Assembly (NCBI GenBank): GCA_050258555.1
Contig: JBLMZA010000129.1
Span: forward strand, 21,026-85,025
Direction: 5' to 3'
Origin: Acidobacteriota bacterium
Lineage (GTDB): Bacteria; Bacteroidota; Ignavibacteria; UBA10030; UBA8401
Length of the DNA: 64,000 nucleotides
This document shows, piece by piece, positions 56,646 to 64,000 of this stretch (the stretch's first letter is position 1; each line of letters starts with the position of its first letter). The position numbers and the translations under genes were made by a program. The notes under the pieces are model-generated. The model saw nothing but the letters and a program-made list of their open reading frames with translations. It ran no database searches and had not been told where the DNA came from.

Positions 56646-57425
56646 TTACCGCGTCTGGGCTCCCTCGATGATGGCGATGCTGGCGCTGGCGCCGATGCGC
56701 GATGCGCCGGCTTCGACCATCGCGATGGCGTCGGCGGTCGTGCGGATGCCTCCCGAAGCCTTGACGCCGAGCGCGGAGCCGACCGTGCGGCGCATGAGTG
56801 TGATGTCGGATGCCGTGGCGCCGCCGGTGGAAAATCCGGTCGAGGTCTTCACATAGTCCGCCTGGGCCTTCTTGGCAAGCACGCAGGCCTTCATCTTTTC
56901 CTCATCGGAAAGAAGGCACGTCTCGATGATCACCTTCAGGAGTCCCCCCGCCCTGTGCGTCACCGATGCCACGGCCGCGATGTCGGCAAGCGTATAGGCA
57001 TAGGCGCCCGATTTGAAGAGCCCGATCTGTATCACCATGTCGATTTCCCGGGCGCCGTCGCGCAGCGCCTGCTCGGCCTCGCAGGCCTTCGATGCCGTGC
57101 TTGTGGCGCCCAGGGGAAAGCCCACGACCGTGCAGACGGGCACGCCCGAGCCTTCCAGCAGCTCACGGCATAAGGAAACATAGGCGGCATTGACGCAGAC
57201 CGAGGCGAAACGGTGCTCCCGCGCTTCCGTGCAGAGCGCGGTGATCTGTCCGGGCGTTGCCTCCGCTTTCAGTATCGTGTGATCGATCATGCCTGCAAGC
57301 GGAACGATCGGGGCCGGCAGCCGGACCTCTTCCAGCGGATTCTCATCGTGCGTGCCCGCGACGCGGGCGAATTCCTGATCGGCAAAAAGAGCGCGATAGC
57401 GCCCGGCAAATTCCTGTGTGTTCAT
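56646..57425 (-). CDS. deoC: Deoxyribose-phosphate aldolase
   Basis: IDHTILK, TVVGFPLG, EIDMVI, KVIIET, YVKTSTGF, VKASGGIR, RIGAS; start MNTQEF overlaps the GH26 stop. Confidence 0.95.
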   Translation of the reverse strand: MNTQEFAGRYRALFADQEFARVAGTHDENPLEEVRLPAPIVPLAGMIDHTILKAEATPGQITALCTEAREHRFASVCVNAAYVSLCRELLEGSGVPVCTVVGFPLGATSTASKACEAEQALRDGAREIDMVIQIGLFKSGAYAYTLADIAAVASVTHRAGGLLKVIIETCLLSDEEKMKACVLAKKAQADYVKTSTGFSTGGATASDITLMRRTVGSALGVKASGGIRTTADAIAMVEAGASRIGASASIAIIEGAQTR

Positions 57426-59131
57426 TTCAGTAGGACCATTGCTTTGGTGAATGAATAAGCGCCGGCTCTGAGCCGGCAGAAATAAATTCCTGATGGATAG
57501 TTTCGCGCATCCCACCGTGCGGAATGCGATCCTTGCGGCATCACGCGCTCGACAAGCACGGCGCGCTCTCTTCCCATGGCGTCATAGATCGAAAGACGAA
57601 CGGATGATGCCGCACCGAGCGTATAGAAGAACGTTGTCGACGGATTAAAGGGATTGGGAAAATTCTGTCCGAGGCCGAAGCCCGTGGGCGGCAGCGTGCG
57701 TTCGTGCCCGTCAACCGAGGTCGTCCGGCCGGTGACGAGTTCGAAGCGGACGGCGTCGGCGATCACGTAGCATCCGGGCTCGGCGGCGTTCGTCAGTTCG
57801 ACGGAACCCGATGCGCCGGCATGGAAACTCCAGCGGCCGAGCAGATTCCACTGTCCGCCTCCTGTCTTCTGGTTCATGCGCACGGTATCGCGCCCGGCGT
57901 CGTGCGTGATGACATACGGCGCGCCCGATGAGCGGTTGTCCCATGCGCTCCACAAGGCGAAGACGTCATAGACCCCCGAAGCGGGAAGCACAGGGCGCCA
58001 GATGGCCAGAGAAAGCGAATCGTCCGTCGAACAGACCATATAATCGGCTCCCCAGCGGTCGGCCTGCGACGTGGAGACGCGGAATTTGCCGGCACAGGAA
58101 AAGCCCGAATCGACATTGTCGAGCACGCGGTTGATCGGGGGCGACAGAAAGTACGGATCACTCACCGAGCGCCTGTACTGGGCAAGGATGCCGGGGTCGC
58201 TCGTGAGCTTATAGTCCCGGTAGGCGTTGGGCGCATTCGCGGTGTTGTAGTCGAAATACGTCACGGCCTTCACGCGCGGAAACTCCGTTTTCAAGTGGGC
58301 ATAGAGCGTGTCGATGCGCGAGGCGGCGTAGCGGAAGATGCCCGTGGTGTCTCCGCGGTTCGTGTCGTGGGCCACGCCCCATTCGGAAATCATGATCGGC
58401 TTTCTGGCGGCATAGACATCATAGATGACGCTCAGCTTCGCGCGCGGATCCTTCCAGTCGCGCACGGTGTACCACAGGCTGTCTGTGTAGAATGTGCTGT
58501 AGAAGTCGACGCCCACCCAGTCGACATACTCGTCGCCGGGATAGTACGAGAAGGGATTGTTGGCCGGGCTATTGGGATTATTGGGCACGTCATTCGGCGT
58601 CCAGACCATGGCGACATTGGGCGCTTCCTCCCGCATCACGCGGGCGACCGTCTTCCACCGGTCGATGTAAAGCGCCGGGTCTCCGTACCACGCGACCCAC
58701 GGTCCGTTCATTTCGCTTGCCCAGCGCAGAAAGATCCGCGCGCCGCTCGATTTCGCCGCGCGCGCCCAGTCGCGCAAGTACGGCGTATCGCCGACGTCGC
58801 CGAGTCCGCTGTTGGGTTCGAAGCCGATCTGCATGATGGCCCCGTTTCGTGTGTAGTGTGCGACGGTCGTTGCGGGAAAGGGCTGTCCGTATCCGGCATA
58901 GGTCAGATAGCTCGAATGCGGCCGCGTCTTGGATTCGAAAAGAGCGACATCATCCGTCCGCGGCAGCCCGGCGCGCAGAGACGGATCGTTCTGTATGAAG
59001 GCGCCGATGAGGCATCCTTCTTCCGGCTCGAACTTCGCCCGTGGCTGCGAAGCGGCGCCGGATGCTTCCCCAAGCACAAGCGCGCAGAGCACGAGGCACA
59101 TGCGCGCCCATCGATTCACGAAGAGCTTCAT
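57422..59131 (-). CDS. GH26-family glycoside hydrolase with golvesin/CBM-like domain and T9SS type A CTD
   Basis: Signal peptide; FLRWASEMNG, YYPGDEYVDWVG, KPIMISEWG; AIWRP...GVYDV...NQKTGGGQWNLLG domain; FPNPFNP CTD. Confidence 0.85.
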   Translation of the reverse strand: MKLFVNRWARMCLVLCALVLGEASGAASQPRAKFEPEEGCLIGAFIQNDPSLRAGLPRTDDVALFESKTRPHSSYLTYAGYGQPFPATTVAHYTRNGAIMQIGFEPNSGLGDVGDTPYLRDWARAAKSSGARIFLRWASEMNGPWVAWYGDPALYIDRWKTVARVMREEAPNVAMVWTPNDVPNNPNSPANNPFSYYPGDEYVDWVGVDFYSTFYTDSLWYTVRDWKDPRAKLSVIYDVYAARKPIMISEWGVAHDTNRGDTTGIFRYAASRIDTLYAHLKTEFPRVKAVTYFDYNTANAPNAYRDYKLTSDPGILAQYRRSVSDPYFLSPPINRVLDNVDSGFSCAGKFRVSTSQADRWGADYMVCSTDDSLSLAIWRPVLPASGVYDVFALWSAWDNRSSGAPYVITHDAGRDTVRMNQKTGGGQWNLLGRWSFHAGASGSVELTNAAEPGCYVIADAVRFELVTGRTTSVDGHERTLPPTGFGLGQNFPNPFNPSTTFFYTLGAASSVRLSIYDAMGRERAVLVERVMPQGSHSARWDARNYPSGIYFCRLRAGAYSFTKAMVLLK

Positions 59132-61830
59132 GCCTGAAGCTGCCCGAGGCTCGCTTTGAGCTTCTCGATCGTCTCGGAGAAATTCGCGCGCTTGTCGTGC
59201 TCCTTCCTGAGCACATCGGCCGGCGCCTTCGAAACGAACGATTCATTGGAGAGCTTGGCGGTGACGCCCTTGAGCTGGCCTTCCAGCCGCGCGATTTCCT
59301 TTTCCAGGCGCGTGCGCTCGACGTCGATGTCGATGAGGCCCTTGAGCGGCACGAAGACTTCCTGGCCCGAGACCACGGCGCTGGCCGAATAGCCGGGCTT
59401 GGCAAGCCCGATGCCGGCCGTGACGCGCTCACTGCGCGTCATCTTCTGGATCGCCGTCACGTTCGATGTGAGGACGCTCATTTTCGCTTCATCCGTGCAG
59501 CTGATCGCGATATCGACCGCCTTCGAGGGCGGAAGATTCATTTCATTGCGGATGGTGCGCACGGCGCTGATCACATTCTGCAGAAATTCCATCGAGCGTT
59601 CGGCCTCCGCATCGATCATTGCTTCATTGAGCGTCGGGAGCGGGGAGACCATGATGCTCTCTCCCGATGCGCGCTCGGCGAGGCCCTGCCAGATCTCTTC
59701 GGTGATGAAGGGCATGAAGGGATGCAAGAGTTTCAGCGTCTCCTCGTAGATCGAGAGAGCGCGCGCGATGATCGCCTCTTTCTCGGCCGGATCGGCCGAA
59801 GAGGCGATGCGGTTTTTCGCGAATTCCACATACCAGTCGCAGAAGTCATGCCACAGGAAATCATAGATGGTTTTCACCGCATCGTTGATGCGGAAGTTCT
59901 CCATCGATGAAGTGAGTTCCTTCACGGTCGAATGGAAGCGCGAGAGGATCCACCGGTCGGCGATGTCCTCCGCCGGCGCATTGAGCGCGGCGGCCGCATG
60001 CTTCTCTGCGCTCGCGCCGAGTTCGGCGTCGATCGCATCGCGGTTCATGAGCAGGAAGCGTCCGGCGTTCCAGATCTTGTTGGCGAAGTTGCGGCCCATC
60101 TCGCATTTCTCGTTCGAATACATCACATCCTGCCCCAGGGGCGCCAGATAGAGCACCGTGAAGCGCAGCGCGTCGGCGCCGTATGTGGCGATCACATCGA
60201 GCGGATCGGGCGAATTGCCGAGGCTCTTGCTCATCTTGCGGCCCTGGGCGTCGCGGATGATGCTCGTGAAATACACATGCTTGAACGGAATCTCGCCCCT
60301 GAATTCCAGTCCGGCCATGATCATTCTGGCGACCCAGAAGAAGATGATGTCGGGACCCGTCACGAGCGTGTCGGTCGGATAGAAATATTTCAGGTCCTCG
60401 TTTTCCTCGGGCCAGTTGAGAATCGAGAAGGGCCAGAGCCAGGAGGAAAACCACGTATCAAGCACGTCCTCTTCCTGGCGCAGGTCCGAAAGCGTGATGC
60501 CGGGATCGGCCTGCCGCGCTTTTTCCAGCGCCTCTTCCGAAGAGCGCGCCACGACGACCGAACCATCCGGCAGGTAGTAGGCCGGTATGCGGTGGCCCCA
60601 CCACAGCTGGCGCGAGATGCACCAGTCGCGGATGTTGGTCATCCAGTGCTCGTAGACTTTCGTCCAGCGCTCGGGATAGAACTTGATCTGTCCTTCCTCG
60701 ACGACCTTGAGGGCCGGCTCGGCCAACGGAGCCATCTTCACAAACCACTGGTCGGAAAGATACGGCTCGATCACCGTGTCGCAGCGGTAGCAGTGGCCGA
60801 CATTGTGCGTGTGGTTTTCGGTCTTCACCAGGAGCCCCGCTTTTTCCAGATCACGCAAAAGCTCGCGCCGGCATTCGTAGCGGTCCATGCCCTGGTATTT
60901 CTTCGGCACATTCAGGTTCATCTTCCCCGATGTGTCCATCACGATCATCTGTTCGAGCCCATGGCGGATGCCCATCTGATAGTCGTTCGGATCGTGCGCG
61001 GGCGTGACTTTCACCGCGCCCGTGCCGAAGGAGGCTTCCACGTAATCATCGGCGATGATCCGGATCGCGCGCCCGGCCATCGGAATCACGGCCGAGCGGC
61101 CGATCAGATGCGCATAGCGCTCGTCTTTCGGGTTGACGGCGATCGCCGTATCGCCGAGCATCGTCTCGGGGCGCGTCGTGGCCACCTGAATGAACGCGTC
61201 GGACTCGCCTTCGATCGGATAATTGATGAACCAGAGATGTCCGCCGCTTTCCACATAGTTCACTTCATCGTCGGAAAGCGCCGTATGATCCTTCGGGCAC
61301 CAGTTGACGATATACTTGCCTCGGTAGATGAGCCCCTTGTCGTAGAGCCGGATGAAGACTTCCTGGACGGCCTTCGAGAGTCCCTCGTCCATCGTGAAGC
61401 GCTCGCGCTCCCAATCGCAGCTCGTGCCGAGCTTGCGCAGCTGCCGGATGATCGTGCCGCCGTACTGGTCCTTCCATGCCCAGACGCGCTTCAGAAATTC
61501 CTCGCGTCCGATTTCCCGGCGTTCGATGCCCTGCGCGCGGAGCGATTTTTCCACGACGTGCTGCGTGGCGATGCCCGCATGATCGGTGCCCGGAATCCAG
61601 CAGGCTTCATATCCCTGCATGCGCTTCCAGCGCACGAATGCGTCCTGGAGCGAATTGTTGAGCACATGCCCCATGGTCAGAATGCCGGTGATGTTCGGCG
61701 GCGGAATGGCGATCGTATACGGCTGTTTGTCCGGATTGACGGTGGCGTGAAACAGATTGTGGGATTCCCAATAGCGGTAGATTCTGTCTTCAACATCCTG
61801 GGGCGAATATGTCTTGGAAAGTTCGGGCAT
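59128..61830 (-). CDS. valS: Valine--tRNA ligase
   Basis: PPPNITG, DHAGIATQ, ATTRPET, DWCISRQLWWGHRIP, DVLDTWFSS, KMSKSLGN, C-terminal coiled coil. Confidence 0.97.
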   Translation of the reverse strand: MPELSKTYSPQDVEDRIYRYWESHNLFHATVNPDKQPYTIAIPPPNITGILTMGHVLNNSLQDAFVRWKRMQGYEACWIPGTDHAGIATQHVVEKSLRAQGIERREIGREEFLKRVWAWKDQYGGTIIRQLRKLGTSCDWERERFTMDEGLSKAVQEVFIRLYDKGLIYRGKYIVNWCPKDHTALSDDEVNYVESGGHLWFINYPIEGESDAFIQVATTRPETMLGDTAIAVNPKDERYAHLIGRSAVIPMAGRAIRIIADDYVEASFGTGAVKVTPAHDPNDYQMGIRHGLEQMIVMDTSGKMNLNVPKKYQGMDRYECRRELLRDLEKAGLLVKTENHTHNVGHCYRCDTVIEPYLSDQWFVKMAPLAEPALKVVEEGQIKFYPERWTKVYEHWMTNIRDWCISRQLWWGHRIPAYYLPDGSVVVARSSEEALEKARQADPGITLSDLRQEEDVLDTWFSSWLWPFSILNWPEENEDLKYFYPTDTLVTGPDIIFFWVARMIMAGLEFRGEIPFKHVYFTSIIRDAQGRKMSKSLGNSPDPLDVIATYGADALRFTVLYLAPLGQDVMYSNEKCEMGRNFANKIWNAGRFLLMNRDAIDAELGASAEKHAAAALNAPAEDIADRWILSRFHSTVKELTSSMENFRINDAVKTIYDFLWHDFCDWYVEFAKNRIASSADPAEKEAIIARALSIYEETLKLLHPFMPFITEEIWQGLAERASGESIMVSPLPTLNEAMIDAEAERSMEFLQNVISAVRTIRNEMNLPPSKAVDIAISCTDEAKMSVLTSNVTAIQKMTRSERVTAGIGLAKPGYSASAVVSGQEVFVPLKGLIDIDVERTRLEKEIARLEGQLKGVTAKLSNESFVSKAPADVLRKEHDKRANFSETIEKLKASLGQLQA

Positions 61831-61887
61831 GTGTGTGTGCGTGTCTTCGTGTGCTGTTAGAATAGAGAAAGATAAAATATACTACGC

Positions 61888-62400
61888 TCAGCGCTCAAGC
61901 GCAAGCGAGAGCGCGGTGGTCAGCTTCACCACGTCCTTCGTCGTCTTGTCGAGCCGGATGCTCACGATGCGGATGATGTTCTTCAGGATCGTGTAGCCGA
62001 GGGCCAGATCGGACTCGGCCAGAGCGAAAAACTCGTCTTTGGTGACGACGGCCACTTCGCAGGCCGTGAGTGCCGCCACGCTTGCCGAACGCTCGCTTTT
62101 TTCGTCGAAGAACCCCATTTCGCCGAAGAAGGCGTGATCGTCGGCCGAGAGCCGCTGCAGCATCTTGTCTCGCGTGTCGAGCCCCCGGCCCGCCACCTTG
62201 AGCATGAGGCTTTTGGAGACTTCCACTTCGCCTGCAAGGAGGATGAACATGTCGGTGCCGCGCTCGCGCTCGCGGATGATCATCGCGCCTGCCGGCACCG
62301 ACTGCACATGCATGATGCGCGTGAGCGCCTCCAGCTGCGATTCGGAAAGCCCGATGAAGATGGGAATGTTTTTCAGGAACGCCGTCTCAATTGTTTTCAT
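61888..62400 (-). CDS. Stand-alone cyclic-nucleotide-binding domain protein
   Basis: FLKNIPIF, MFILLAGEVEV, FFGEMG...RSASV phosphate-binding cassette; no HTH. Confidence 0.88.
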   Translation of the reverse strand: MKTIETAFLKNIPIFIGLSESQLEALTRIMHVQSVPAGAMIIRERERGTDMFILLAGEVEVSKSLMLKVAGRGLDTRDKMLQRLSADDHAFFGEMGFFDEKSERSASVAALTACEVAVVTKDEFFALAESDLALGYTILKNIIRIVSIRLDKTTKDVVKLTTALSLALER

Positions 62401-62420
62401 GCCGTCTCCCGTCTGGCCTT

Positions 62421-63596
62421 TCAGGTGTGCTCGAGCGTGCCCAGGACGACGGCTTCGTCGCCGGTTTTGAGCACATAGGAAAATGGGGGATTGACCGTGA
62501 TGCGCACGCCCGAGCGCTCTTCGACGTTGATGCCGGCCTCCTTGAACTTGCGTTCGATGAAGGCGTCGATGGCCGACGTGTCGGTGAGCAGGATGTCGTT
62601 CAGGCTCATCGTCTCTTCCTCGGTCACAATGCCGAGCACGGTGTAATTGTGATCCTGCTTCATGCGCACAAAGTATTCGCCGAATGTGCGGCCGGTGAAG
62701 GCCTGATCGATCGGGATCGTCTGGATGTCGTTGCCGTGCTCGAAGTTCATCATCTCCATGGCCACCTGCGGCGCGCCCGGATTCAGGATCTGGTTGGCCA
62801 GGAAGAATCCGACATGCTGGTCGCTGATGACGACGTCGTCGGCGCCGGCGCGCCGGATGTGCGGAAGATTCTCCCGGTTGACGATGTGGCAGAACACCTT
62901 CGTCTTCGGGCTGAGCGACTTCAATGTCAAGAGCGCCAAAAGCGTCTTATCGTCCGAGAGCGCGCCGGTGGCGCCGGTATCCGGAAGGACGAGCGCGGCT
63001 TCGGCCTCGCCGGCATTGGCGCGCTCCAGGATCGCCTCGCGCGTGTAATCGCCCCGGACAAAGCGGATATCCAGTTTCGGGAATGTCGAGATGAGCGACT
63101 CGATGCGCTCCGGGGCGGCGTCGTTGACGAGCACGATTTCCTGCGCCGATTTCTTCGTGCCGAGCCTGGAAAACAGGCTCAGCAATTCTTCGATGTGAAC
63201 GTTCCATCCGCAGATGAGCAGATGTCCGGTGAATGTGATTGTCTGCAAGCCCTGGCTCTCCTTGAGTTTTCGTGCAATGAAGACCGATGAGATCGTGGCG
63301 GTAAAGAGCGAGATCAAGACAAGTCCCGAGACGATGGTGACCGACCCGATGAGCCGCCCGGCTCCGGTATGCGGAACGATGTCGCCGTAGCCGACGGTGG
63401 CGATCGTGACCAGTGACCACCAGAGCGCGTCGCCGAAGCTTCCGAACTGTTCCTTGTTGGCGCCGTATTCGGCCATGAGCACCAGAAGCGCCATCGCATG
63501 CACCATCACGATGATGGCAAGCGTGATCTGGAGCAGACGGTGCGTCTTCAGAAGCCGGATCGCCCGTGAAAGGCGCGGCAGGTGTTTCCAGCGCAT
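62421..63596 (-). CDS. Two-TM potassium channel with RCK (TrkA-N) domain
   Basis: DALWWSLVTIATVGYGDIVP selectivity filter; HLLICGWN, FVRGD, LERANA, AGADDVV. Confidence 0.92.
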   Translation of the reverse strand: MRWKHLPRLSRAIRLLKTHRLLQITLAIIVMVHAMALLVLMAEYGANKEQFGSFGDALWWSLVTIATVGYGDIVPHTGAGRLIGSVTIVSGLVLISLFTATISSVFIARKLKESQGLQTITFTGHLLICGWNVHIEELLSLFSRLGTKKSAQEIVLVNDAAPERIESLISTFPKLDIRFVRGDYTREAILERANAGEAEAALVLPDTGATGALSDDKTLLALLTLKSLSPKTKVFCHIVNRENLPHIRRAGADDVVISDQHVGFFLANQILNPGAPQVAMEMMNFEHGNDIQTIPIDQAFTGRTFGEYFVRMKQDHNYTVLGIVTEEETMSLNDILLTDTSAIDAFIERKFKEAGINVEERSGVRITVNPPFSYVLKTGDEAVVLGTLEHT

Positions 63597-63620
63597 GGGC
63601 GCGTCCTTTCTGTGCCTGAG

Positions 63621-64000
63621 TTAGTGTGCGGAGACGACGCGGTGCGTGATCATTCCGATGCCGCCGATCGAGGCCTCGATCGTATCGCCCGGCATCACGC
63701 GTCCGACGCCCTGGGGCGTGCCGGTGAAGATGATGTCGCCTTCCGAAAGCGTGAAGACCGAGGAAAGGAATTCAATGATCGTCTCGATGCGGAAGATCAT
63801 GTTCGATGTCGTCGAATGCTGGCGGACGCTGCCGTTGACTTTCAGCATGATCTCGAGATTATGCGGATCCTCGATCTGGGAGCGCTCAAGAAACGGCGAG
63901 AGCGGGGCGGAGGTGTCGAAGCCTTTGGCCACGGCCCACGGCTGTCCGGCTTTCTTGGCCTCGAACTGCACATCGCGCATCGTCATATCGAGTCCCACGC
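63621..64000 (-). CDS. Fumarylacetoacetate hydrolase-family protein (5' truncated)
   Basis: GLDMTMRD, PWAVAKGFDTS, TLSEGDIIFTGTPQGVG. Confidence 0.92.
   Translation of the reverse strand, partial: VGLDMTMRDVQFEAKKAGQPWAVAKGFDTSAPLSPFLERSQIEDPHNLEIMLKVNGSVRQHSTTSNMIFRIETIIEFLSSVFTLSEGDIIFTGTPQGVGRVMPGDTIEASIGGIGMITHRVVSAH

Noticed and set aside
1-64000. CRISPR arrays, tRNA/rRNA genes, transposases, prophage or defence genes
   Set aside because: No regularly spaced repeats, cloverleaf-like sequences or corresponding protein motifs were seen; nearly all sequence is accounted for by CDSs

Overview
High-GC bacterial chromosome segment, most likely from an Ignavibacteria-like member of the FCB/Bacteroidota-Chlorobiota supergroup. 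The lineage call rests on many YPNPFNP-type T9SS sorting domains, PorV/PorQ barrels, a Bacteroidota-type LptD and Ton operon, and clear Shine-Dalgarno use. Bases 1-24,220 form one same-strand polysaccharide-utilisation locus, inferred to target beta-1,2-glucan/sophoro-oligosaccharides. It holds two GH144 enzymes, a GH94 phosphorylase, a GH2, an unclassified CBM-bearing (alpha/alpha)6 enzyme and an ABC binding protein with two permeases. Its uptake module is not SusC/SusD: a TonB-dependent receptor is coupled to a 1101-aa T9SS-type cargo protein and a dedicated PorV-like barrel, preceded by T9SS-anchored glycan-binding proteins. This is the best candidate for an undescribed system. The rest is mostly housekeeping: a PAS two-component pair, an exported rubrerythrin-like protein, rlmD, ftsB, rarA, a ROK kinase, lptD, a YyaL-like protein, STAS-exbB-exbD-exbD-tonB-PstS-like-TPR, ppa, an expansin, amrA/amrB, PanG-like, hisJ, glyQS, porQ, a SPOR pair, deoC, a GH26, valS, a cNMP-binding protein, a K+ channel and an FAH-family gene. 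No rRNA, tRNA, CRISPR array or transposase was seen. All family calls come from motif recognition by eye, not database searches.
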